From contig CAYJQB010000001.1 in the NCBI GenBank assembly GCA_964372205.1, forward strand, positions 226,967-290,966: a DNA stretch of 64,000 bases, written 5' to 3'. Shown in pieces: positions 29,598-36,940 of the stretch (the first letter of the stretch is position 1; each line of letters opens with the position of its first letter). Origin of the DNA: Candidatus Woesearchaeota archaeon. GTDB taxonomy: Archaea > Nanobdellota > Nanobdellia > Pacearchaeales > GW2011-AR1. The translations under genes were made by a program, and so were the position numbers. A model generated the notes under the pieces. The model saw only the letters and a list, made by a program, of their open reading frames with translations, was not told where the DNA came from and made no database searches.

Positions 29598-29958
29598 ATT
29601 CCCCTCCCTCTTTGTTTAAAGCAATTACTAAATCAATTATAGAGACAACTCCCAAAATTTTTCCAGCTCTTATAACAGGCAGAACTTCAAGTTTATTTTT
29701 TTTCATAATCTTTCCAACCTTTTCAAGTCCAGAGTTAGGAGACACTCCGATAATATTCTTGTTCATTATTTGAGATATCTTAAGGTTCTTACCAAAATTA
29801 TTCAATAAATCATCCTTAGTTATGACTCCAAGAACATTCTTTCCATTTAGATACATAATACTAGCAGTTCTTTTCTCAGTCATGATTTTCGCAGCCTCAG
29901 ACAGATTAATATCATTATCAACTGCAATCGCCTCTCCCATTATTTCATTTACAATCAT
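29584..29958 (-). CDS. CBS-domain pair protein
   Basis: Two CBS-like repeats (VGVITKDDLL... and LGVVSIIDLV). Confidence 0.6.
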   Translation of the reverse strand: MIVNEIMGEAIAVDNDINLSEAAKIMTEKRTASIMYLNGKNVLGVITKDDLLNNFGKNLKISQIMNKNIIGVSPNSGLEKVGKIMKKNKLEVLPVIRAGKILGVVSIIDLVIALNKEGGEFVLD

Positions 29959-29964
29959 TTTGAA

Positions 29965-30732
29965 TTATAATTTTTCCTTATATTTAAGCTTTCTTTTATT
30001 ACTCCCTACAAGCACCCTCAAAATTACTCCTACAGATATCAAAATTATTCCAGTTACAAAAACTCCAAAGAAGCTGACATAAAGAAGGTGTGTAAAATTA
30101 TCTAACAGGTTTTTCAACGCCAAAGGTATAAAATCTATTTCTACTACTGAAAAAATTCTTTCCTTTATAATTCTCAACACATTCTGCTCTATTCTACTAA
30201 CTCCTAGGAAAGGCAATCCTCCTAGAAAGCTTGAAATCCCAATAAAAGTTACAGCAGATATTTTCATTATCAAAAAAAGAGCAAGGGATAACACAACAAT
30301 AATCAGGCCGAACACCCACACGGAATACTTAACAAATTCAGTCTTGCTGTCAATATTCAATTTGTTCAGCTCTAGAACTACTTGAGATTTGACTTGTTCT
30401 TTGACAGCATCAACAAACGCTTCTTTTCTCTGCTTTATCTGTTCACAATCAATCTCCACAAGACCTCCATATTTTTCATTCGAGATTGTCAGGTTTTCTG
30501 CAGATTCACATTTTTCAAGGGCTGATTGGTAGGCTTCATCAATGTTTTCCTGAGAAACCTGGTTTTGCAGAGCGATTTCTACAGTTTCATTTGCAGAATC
30601 TATCAAAATCATATCTAAATCATTTTCAACAATCTGTGTTACAGAATTTGAAATTACAAATCCAACAATAGCTAGAGCTAAAAGAATACTTATAAACACA
30701 GAAACCAAAATCTTAACTCCTGCTCCTATCAT
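29965..30732 (-). CDS. membrane protein
   Basis: N- and C-terminal TM helices; 255 aa. Confidence 0.4.
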   Translation of the reverse strand: MIGAGVKILVSVFISILLALAIVGFVISNSVTQIVENDLDMILIDSANETVEIALQNQVSQENIDEAYQSALEKCESAENLTISNEKYGGLVEIDCEQIKQRKEAFVDAVKEQVKSQVVLELNKLNIDSKTEFVKYSVWVFGLIIVVLSLALFLIMKISAVTFIGISSFLGGLPFLGVSRIEQNVLRIIKERIFSVVEIDFIPLALKNLLDNFTHLLYVSFFGVFVTGIILISVGVILRVLVGSNKRKLKYKEKL

Positions 30733-31005
30733 CTACTTTCTTATTTTATCAACCTCTTCTGCAAAATCAAAATCATTATCTGTAAGCATCTTTTGAGAAT
30801 AAGTAGTCAATAGAATTCTAACCATATTATGACTTATTAAAATGTCGGGGTGATGGTTCTGTTTTTCTGCAATCTCTGCAATCTTATTGACGAATTCAAG
30901 AGCCATTTTAAAATCGGGAAAACTGAATATCTTGACTATGGTGTTGCCTTCTAAACTCCAATTGTGCAATTTATCCATCCGTTTAGCAATATCTTGAAGA
31001 TTCAT
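30733..31005 (-). CDS. pterin-4a-carbinolamine dehydratase (PCD/DCoH)
   Basis: FSFPDF...NHHPD...HNMV...LTTY motif order typical of PCD. Confidence 0.6.
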   Translation of the reverse strand: MNLQDIAKRMDKLHNWSLEGNTIVKIFSFPDFKMALEFVNKIAEIAEKQNHHPDILISHNMVRILLTTYSQKMLTDNDFDFAEEVDKIRK

Positions 31006-31039
31006 AAACTAAGAAGAAATAACCCGTTAATAAGTTTTC

Positions 31040-31744
31040 TTATTTTTTCTTTATAACTTTTTCAAGCTTTATAGCCTCTTTTTTCTGCTTCTCAAGTTTT
31101 TTTACTTTGTTCTTTTTAAGATCTTTCTCTATAGTCTTTACCTTAGACTTTAACTCACCTAGCTGATATTTTTCTTCTTTTATGTTTTTAGCTCTCTCCT
31201 TTTCTTTTTCTTTTTCAATATACTTGAAAAGTCTTTTTGCAGGAAATTTCAAGAGCTCTAATATGATTGAAAGTATCATTATTAAAATCAATAAAGCAAG
31301 GACAACTTCAACACTAATTTTTCTAGGAGTATAAACGAACAGAATCATCGCATAAGCAATGAGATTAATAGTTAATGTTGAGCCAAGATATCTGGCAAAT
31401 TTTTCAGGCAAGAGGTGTTCAAAGTTAAATCTCATCAAGATAAGCCCTATCAAGAACAAGAACACGACTGCAATGCTCTTCGATTGGTAAGTTATAAAAT
31501 TAATTGCTCCAGCACTATCTAAGCTGTAGATATATCTCAAAAGTCCCATAGCAACAAAAAGAAAGACAAGAGAGTTACCTAGGTAGTCATTCCATCCAGG
31601 TCTTTCCTCTCTATATCTCTGGAAATAAAGCAAGAGAAGTATTGTTGCTATTGCAAGAGGTATGACTTCCCATAAAACTATCTTTTGAAAAGTTAAACCT
31701 ATAAAATGGATTAGAGTTTTATAAATTTCAAAAATCATTTTCAC
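31040..31744 (-). CDS. membrane protein with K/E-rich coiled-coil C-terminus
   Basis: Four predicted TM helices then KEKE-rich tail. Confidence 0.4.
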   Translation of the reverse strand: MKMIFEIYKTLIHFIGLTFQKIVLWEVIPLAIATILLLLYFQRYREERPGWNDYLGNSLVFLFVAMGLLRYIYSLDSAGAINFITYQSKSIAVVFLFLIGLILMRFNFEHLLPEKFARYLGSTLTINLIAYAMILFVYTPRKISVEVVLALLILIMILSIILELLKFPAKRLFKYIEKEKEKERAKNIKEEKYQLGELKSKVKTIEKDLKKNKVKKLEKQKKEAIKLEKVIKKK

Positions 31745-31806
31745 CTCCAGTCTTTAGAGAAGCTTAGATACTTAAAGTTTATCAATAGATTCTCAAACCC
31801 TTAATT

Positions 31807-32223
31807 TTACTCTTCAGATTCTTCGTCTTCAAGATTTTCATCTTCAGACTCATCGTCATAATCGTCAGCAATCTCTAATTGCTCCAGCACGTTCAGTATT
31901 TTATCTAATTTTGCGTTGATTTGTTCAAATTGCTCTGAGGACGCTCCAGATGAGTTCCCTCTATCTCTTGAGCCTCTATCATCATTCTGTCTGAAACAAT
32001 CACTACAATAAACAGGCTTCTCTCCTGTTGGTTTGAATGGAACCTGGCAGTTTTTGCCACATTTACTACAAAGAACATTATGCATTTCAGGAGCTCCTCT
32101 AGAGTCTCTTCCTCTGAATCCCCCTCTGTCTCTATCTCCGCCAAAGCTTCTTCCACGGTTTCCACCAGATCGGCCGAATCCGCCACTTCTATTGTTTGAA
32201 TTAAATCTTCCCATATAAGTCAT
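31807..32223 (-). CDS. RGG-rich zinc-ribbon protein with acidic C-terminal tail (likely start at MTYMGRF)
   Basis: CSKCGK...CSDC zinc ribbon after RGG/RG repeats; TATA-like tttatata about 25 nt upstream of the internal ATG at 32223; the 5' extension in the ORF track overlaps another small ORF. Confidence 0.45.
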   Translation of the reverse strand: MTYMGRFNSNNRSGGFGRSGGNRGRSFGGDRDRGGFRGRDSRGAPEMHNVLCSKCGKNCQVPFKPTGEKPVYCSDCFRQNDDRGSRDRGNSSGASSEQFEQINAKLDKILNVLEQLEIADDYDDESEDENLEDEESEE

Positions 32224-32269
32224 CAAAGAAGTGAGTATATAAAGCTTAGCTATTTGGTTTTTACTCAAC

Positions 32270-32434
32270 CTAAATCTTGCCCTGATTAGCCACATACCTT
32301 TTCATAAGAATTTCAAGTTCTACTTGGGGTGCGAATCCTTTCAGACTGCACATTTTCATGAAGTTATCGAATGTAACTTGATCAACCATGAAGTCAAGTT
32401 TTCTCTTTCTTGCTCCAGGAGGTGTTGCTGCCAT
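32270..32434 (-). CDS. small protein (54 aa), possibly ribbon-helix-helix-like
   Basis: Uninterrupted ATG-to-TAG frame found by hand (below the ORF-track size cutoff). Confidence 0.25.
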   Translation of the reverse strand: MAATPPGARKRKLDFMVDQVTFDNFMKMCSLKGFAPQVELEILMKRYVANQGKI

Positions 32435-32472
32435 AAAGAGTAATTAGCTTCCTTCGTTATAAATCTTCCTGA

Positions 32473-32703
32473 TTACACGCCTAAGAATTTCAATATCTCA
32501 AATACTAAGAAAGCAGGCCAAACAAGAGCTTTAAGCACCCCTAAAAATCCCATCCAGAATCCTGTAGCTGTAGAAATATAGTATATTGCAGCTCCTAAAA
32601 ATCCCAGTCCGTAGAATGCTCCTCCACACGAATTACAAGACATGCTCTTGCAGGAGCGGTCTTTGTAGGAGTAGTCTTTACTTTTGTTCATTTTCCTTTT
32701 CAT
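32473..32703 (-). CDS. small Cys-rich membrane protein
   Basis: CxxxxC...CNSCGG N-terminus then two TM helices. Confidence 0.35.
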   Translation of the reverse strand: MKRKMNKSKDYSYKDRSCKSMSCNSCGGAFYGLGFLGAAIYYISTATGFWMGFLGVLKALVWPAFLVFEILKFLGV

Positions 32704-32759
32704 TCAAAAAACAGGCTTTTCTCATTTAAATATCTTGTTAAATAGAGTTTTTTTCTTAA

Positions 32760-33176
32760 CTATTGATTTTCTACGTAATTCTTGAAATTGTTCAAAATAG
32801 CCTGCCAGCCATTTCTTTGCATCTCAATAGAGTTTTCCATCTCAGGCTCAAAAGTTACCTTCACTCTAGTATCGCCATCTTCATTCTCACCGAACATGAC
32901 TTCCACTTTTCTTCCGTCATCCATAGTGTAAGAGATTATTTCATTTTCTTCAACTTCATCATAAACTCCTGAGAAATCAAACCCCGAATTCCCATCTTTT
33001 GATTCCATTCTATAAGTAAATCTTCCACCAACTTGCAAATCATTTTCAGCTCTAGGAGTATGCCAGTCTTCAGACGCATTATTCCATTGTTTTACATGTT
33101 CTGTCTGAGTATAGAATTCCCATACCCTTTCAAGAGGGGCATCAATTATGGTTTCGACAGTTATTTTTTCAGCCAT
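32760..33176 (-). CDS. SRPBCC superfamily protein (Aha1/ activator of Hsp90 ATPase-like)
   Basis: ITVETIIDAPLERVWEFYT...W motif and length 138 aa typical of AHSA1/SRPBCC. Confidence 0.6.
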   Translation of the reverse strand: MAEKITVETIIDAPLERVWEFYTQTEHVKQWNNASEDWHTPRAENDLQVGGRFTYRMESKDGNSGFDFSGVYDEVEENEIISYTMDDGRKVEVMFGENEDGDTRVKVTFEPEMENSIEMQRNGWQAILNNFKNYVENQ

Positions 33177-33223
33177 CTTTTGTTTTGTTTCTGAGTCTTT
33201 TTAAAATCTCGTAGTAATATTTA

Positions 33224-33562
33224 CTATTTCTTATTTTTTCTAGATTGTTTTTCGAGTATGCCTCTTACAGAAGGACTTACTTGTTTATCTTTCCTATGAA
33301 TACATCCAATCCAGCAACAAGGTCTTCGCATCCCTTCCTTGAGTTCACTAACAACTCTCCCAACATGCTCTTTTCTAGTATTATCTTGCTTTACAAAAGT
33401 AGTCCAACATATCCACTCGTTTCTTGCGAGAGGTGTAAGACCTTCCCACTTCTCCAGAGCCACTTTATCAGAACTAAGAGCTTTTCGTAAATCCTCTGGT
33501 AAATTATGCACAGTTCCTCCAGAGATTTCTTTGTTTGTCATACGATATATCATTCTTTCCAA
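33224..33562 (-). CDS. OmdA-domain (YdeI/OmpD-associated) protein
   Basis: LTPLARNEWICWTTFVKQDNTRKEHVGRVVSELKEG resembles the C-terminal domain of the 2854-3459 protein. Confidence 0.5.
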   Translation of the reverse strand: MERMIYRMTNKEISGGTVHNLPEDLRKALSSDKVALEKWEGLTPLARNEWICWTTFVKQDNTRKEHVGRVVSELKEGMRRPCCWIGCIHRKDKQVSPSVRGILEKQSRKNKK

Positions 33563-33585
33563 GATTTATAAGTTTTCCATCAAAA

Positions 33586-33700
33586 ATGCAAAAGTGTATT
33601 ACGCCCGGACCAAACACAGCACACTTTTGCATAATCACTGGGACTCGTATTGATTAGCTTATTTCTTTCTAGTGGCTAGGATTTTTAAGCATTCTCGAGA
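33586..33700. repeat. intergenic repeat copy A: 12-bp perfect hairpin enclosing a 14-nt copy of the tRNA-Ser 3' end, plus motif2 (gggactcgtattgattagctt) and motif3 (ggatttttaagcattctcgaga)
   Basis: atgcaaaagtgt / acacttttgcat inverted repeat; ttacgcccggacca identical to 38774-38787; motifs shared with copies B and C. Confidence 0.7.
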
Positions 33701-33768
33701 TGGAAGTGATATGTGATTATTTCACCTCAATCGGAAGATTTATATATAAGTAAGATATTCTTACCGGT

Positions 33769-34035
33769 ATGAAAATAGAGCTAACAAAAATAAGCAGTAA
33801 GGGACAAGTAGTCATACCTTTAGACGTGAGAAGAAAGCTTGCCCTTAAGGATGGAGAGACACTTGCAGTTTCTACTGAAGATGACTTAATTGTATTGAAA
33901 AAGGTAAAGAACCCTATGGAAGAAGATGATTTGCGTACTCTTAAGGAAATAAAAGAAGCTTGGAAAGAGATTGCACAAGGGAAATATAGAAAAATGAACA
34001 AAGAAGATTTTCTCAAAGAAATTGAGACCTGGTAA
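33769..34035 (+). CDS. AbrB/MazE/SpoVT-family antitoxin
   Basis: SKGQVVIPLDVRRKLALKDGETL swapped-hairpin motif. Confidence 0.7.
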   Translation: MKIELTKISSKGQVVIPLDVRRKLALKDGETLAVSTEDDLIVLKKVKNPMEEDDLRTLKEIKEAWKEIAQGKYRKMNKEDFLKEIETW

Positions 34036-34281
34036 ATGGTAGAATATATCTTTACAGAAAAATTTGAGAAGGAATTTAAAAAAGCAGACAATTCTATTAA
34101 AGAAAAAGCACGAAAACAAATAAAAAAGATACTTGAAGACCCAGAAACAGGAAAGCCATTAAGATATGACCTAAAAGGCGAGAGAACAGTCTATGTCAAA
34201 CCATTTAGAATAATATATTCGTTCTCGAATAACACAATTTACTTCCTACGATTTGAACATCGCAGCGAAGTTTATGATTAA
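34036..34281 (+). CDS. RelE/ParE family toxin
   Basis: YRIIYSFSNNTIYFLRFEHRSEVY C-terminal RelE consensus; start abuts antitoxin stop. Confidence 0.7.
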   Translation: MVEYIFTEKFEKEFKKADNSIKEKARKQIKKILEDPETGKPLRYDLKGERTVYVKPFRIIYSFSNNTIYFLRFEHRSEVYD

Positions 34282-34293
34282 TAACTAATCCGT

Positions 34294-34352
34294 GGGACTC
34301 TGATCGATTAGCTTCTTTTCTCTGATCTCTAGAATTTTTAAGGATTGTCGAC
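34294..34352. repeat. intergenic repeat copy B (motif2 plus motif3 only)
   Basis: gggactctgatcgattagctt ... gaatttttaaggattgtcgac, about 75% identical to the corresponding part of copy A. Confidence 0.6.
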
Positions 34353-34367
34353 TACTTCCAAGAAGAG

Positions 34368-34955
34368 TCACTCAAATCTCACATTTATTACGTAAGCCTC
34401 TCCGAGAAACAAATCATAACCCTCCCTATTGAGGGTTTTTTCAAATTCTTTTATTTTTGTCTTTGGAGGAGAGTCGCAACGATCTAATCTCCTTTTTAAG
34501 GCCAACACTCCTCCTCGGTCTGCCCTTTGCTCATTATCCGAAATCGGAACGTTTGTGAATTCAAGATTAACCTTGCTTGAAGCATTATCCAGAACTTCTA
34601 ACATTGCTTTTTCTCCGACCAGAGCTTCTAGAGCGTGCGCCTCTTCATGACCTCTAACAAATTCTGTGTGAAGTCCATCCATTCCAGAGCGGTAGGAAGT
34701 TCTTAAGGTAAGGCTTATTAGCTCTTCATTATTCCCGGCTACTACGCGTGTGGCTATACATAAACCAGTTGTTTGCATGTCTGATAAAATATTGTCTATA
34801 GTTTTCAATACAGGTTTTAAAGAAGGTCTCTCTGCTTTCATTCTATAGAGAAAGTAATTTCCAACAGCTCCATCATCATAATAACGTACATCAACACCTC
34901 CAGGTACAGGGACTTCAATTCCTAATCTTTCAAGATAAATTGTGTTTGTCATCAT
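34368..34955 (-). CDS. hypothetical HExxH-motif protein (possible small metallopeptidase, ImmA/IrrE-like?)
   Basis: RGHEEAHALE... with a Glu ~20 residues downstream; local GC visibly higher than surroundings. Confidence 0.35.
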   Translation of the reverse strand: MMTNTIYLERLGIEVPVPGGVDVRYYDDGAVGNYFLYRMKAERPSLKPVLKTIDNILSDMQTTGLCIATRVVAGNNEELISLTLRTSYRSGMDGLHTEFVRGHEEAHALEALVGEKAMLEVLDNASSKVNLEFTNVPISDNEQRADRGGVLALKRRLDRCDSPPKTKIKEFEKTLNREGYDLFLGEAYVINVRFE

Positions 34956-35041
34956 TATTCTGTTCTTATCAAGAGGACGAGTTTAATATTCATATTTAAA
35001 ACTTTCTATGTTGTTACTATTATTAAGAAACAAAAATGGTA

Positions 35042-35151
35042 TTACGCCCAGACCAAACCGAACCCTATCATGCGATATTTTAGGGACGGTTTTATGTACA
35101 AGTTATATACAAGATTTGCTAGACTTTTAGGATTTTTAAGGATTGTCGAGA
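35042..35151. repeat. intergenic repeat copy C: degenerate copy of tRNA-Ser 3' end (ttacgcccagacca, one mismatch) plus motif3 ggatttttaaggattgtcgaga
   Basis: Aligned by eye with copy A and with the tRNA-Ser 3' end. Confidence 0.65.
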
Positions 35152-35164
35152 TAGAATTGATGGA

Positions 35165-35923
35165 TTAAATATACCCTTTCCATTCTTCCTCACAAGGAAT
35201 TTCAAATTTCTCAAACGGGGCCTTAGTCTTCAATGGGAAGAATAAAGACTGGTTTATGTATGCTCTTGAATCCAAATGTGCTAGCAAATTTGCTATAAAG
35301 TAAGCGAAACTTAGATTTGGGATCTCATATCCTTTAAGTGAAAATGGTTTATGTTCCCACCAAACATGCAGAAATTTTTCATCTCCTAAGGCGATGTTGC
35401 TAACTTTTTTAAAAATTGAACAATCAGTTATGTTAAAATAATCTTTTAAAGAGTCTCGAATTGTATTGATAGTGAGAAAGCATTCATAACAAAACAAGCC
35501 ATTGAATATTTTATCATTTTGTGCAACAGTTTCTATTTTTTTGCCATTTTGTTCGCATTTCTTAATAGTTTCTTTGAGATCTGAACCATTCCTAATTGAG
35601 GTCTTAACTTCGATTATAGCTCTGACTATATTCGCAGGAACAATTACAAAATCTCCTTCTGAGAATAAAACAGGTGAACGATCATCGTAGATTATTAGAT
35701 CTATTTGGTTGGTTAATTCTTTTTTTGGATTTATTACAAATCCTGTTCCAATTGAGAGATTTTTTGGCAAAAATCGAGAGATAACATTCTTTAATACAGC
35801 CTCTTTATATCTCCCATCTTCTCCCCAGTGAGCCTCTCCTATCAGACTCCTTACTCTATCCTTAACAGCAATTAATTCTTTGTTTATTGATTCATAAAAA
35901 TTTTTGAAATCTTGTTCTACCAT
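35165..35923 (-). CDS. predicted PD-(D/E)xK-fold nuclease-like protein
   Basis: QIDLIIYDD ... FVIVPANIVRAIIEVKTS gives the D...(D/E)xK arrangement with flanking hydrophobic strands; 252 aa; 7-nt overlap with upstream gene. Confidence 0.45.
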   Translation of the reverse strand: MVEQDFKNFYESINKELIAVKDRVRSLIGEAHWGEDGRYKEAVLKNVISRFLPKNLSIGTGFVINPKKELTNQIDLIIYDDRSPVLFSEGDFVIVPANIVRAIIEVKTSIRNGSDLKETIKKCEQNGKKIETVAQNDKIFNGLFCYECFLTINTIRDSLKDYFNITDCSIFKKVSNIALGDEKFLHVWWEHKPFSLKGYEIPNLSFAYFIANLLAHLDSRAYINQSLFFPLKTKAPFEKFEIPCEEEWKGYI

Positions 35924-36597
35924 TTTTCGTATTGTAAGTTTTCTATATTTACATCCATTTTTTCTTTTTTAATTATCATATCCCATACTATGTACTTTAC
36001 ATCTTTTACCTTAAAATCATAATTATATGGAATGATTATTTTTTGATTTGGAAGAATTTTTCCTTTTTGGACAGGAGCTGTATATAAAACAGTATCCCCT
36101 ATAGTGAAGATAACATCCAAGTTCACATATTCACTATAATCATCTCCTATATTTGATAACACTATCTCTCCCGAAGACGTATGAATTGTGTCATCTAATG
36201 TTTCCTCTAAAGAATTAAACAATGGAATGGATTTAGAAACACAAGTCCCAAATGTGCTTGAGCCACAACCCAATAACTGAGCTGAATAGGCGGCCAGAAT
36301 TATAGAATCTTTTGTTATGGTGATTGCATGATAATCTCCTCTTTCATTGATCTTGTAATATTCAATTTTTGCGCTATTAACTTCCAAAGGAGATGGATCT
36401 TCTCCATCTAAATATCTATCTCCATCAGTGTTTGGGTTTGTTAAGTTTGTTCCCAAATTGAGTTCTTCTTCATCACTTAATCCATCTTTGTCAGTGTCCA
36501 TTGGTTTGCTCACTAGAAAAATTATAGCTAACAAGGCTACCAAGATAATTACAATTAAGCATAGAATCCAGTGAAACAAATCACCCTTTCTATTCAT
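35917..36597 (-). CDS. membrane-anchored protein with thrombospondin-type-3-like Ca-binding repeats (likely start MNRKGDLFHW)
   Basis: TM helix ILCLIVIILVALLAIIFLV followed by DTDKDGLSDEEE and NPNTDGDRYLDGED acidic D-x-D-x-D-G repeats; ATGA start/stop overlap with the upstream small peptide gene. Confidence 0.5.
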   Translation of the reverse strand: MNRKGDLFHWILCLIVIILVALLAIIFLVSKPMDTDKDGLSDEEELNLGTNLTNPNTDGDRYLDGEDPSPLEVNSAKIEYYKINERGDYHAITITKDSIILAAYSAQLLGCGSSTFGTCVSKSIPLFNSLEETLDDTIHTSSGEIVLSNIGDDYSEYVNLDVIFTIGDTVLYTAPVQKGKILPNQKIIIPYNYDFKVKDVKYIVWDMIIKKEKMDVNIENLQYEKW

Positions 36598-36758
36598 TTT
36601 CCATATGCTCCAAAAACAACGGCTAGTACAATCAGTATTCCCATTATTCCGCCAAATAACCAACCAAACACACTTCCAAAAGCAGTGATTATAGCTGTTG
36701 CGGCTCCAGTGGACAAAACTATTATGGCCATTATTATTGTTATTATCAATTTTTCCAT
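36594..36758 (-). CDS. 54-aa Gly-rich double-TM peptide (GlsB/YeaQ/YmgE-like transglycosylase-associated family?)
   Basis: Hand-found ORF MEKLIITIIMAIIVLSTGAATAIITAFGSVFGWLFGGIMGILIVLAVVFGAYGK with GGAGGT Shine-Dalgarno-like sequence 8 nt upstream; translationally coupled to the next gene. Confidence 0.45.
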   Translation of the reverse strand: MEKLIITIIMAIIVLSTGAATAIITAFGSVFGWLFGGIMGILIVLAVVFGAYGK

Positions 36759-36940
36759 TTTACCTTACCTCCATTTTATTTCTAGTGAATAAGAAGTAGC
36801 CTCAGAGGATACCCTCCAGGGTTACCTCTTTTTCTTTCAAAACGTGGTTTGAGAGATATTTATATTTTTCTACTGGTTCTTTAACTAACTTGTATAAATT
36901 TTGTACATAAAAACAGCCCACGAGATGTTTATAACCAGAT

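Noticed and set aside
35917-36663. N-terminal 22-aa extension (MVIWRNNGNTDCTSRCFWSIWK) of the membrane-protein ORF as given in the track
   Set aside because: The extension is the out-of-frame read of the upstream 54-aa peptide gene. The in-frame ATG at 36597 followed by a TM helix, and the ATGA stop/start coupling, indicate the real start.
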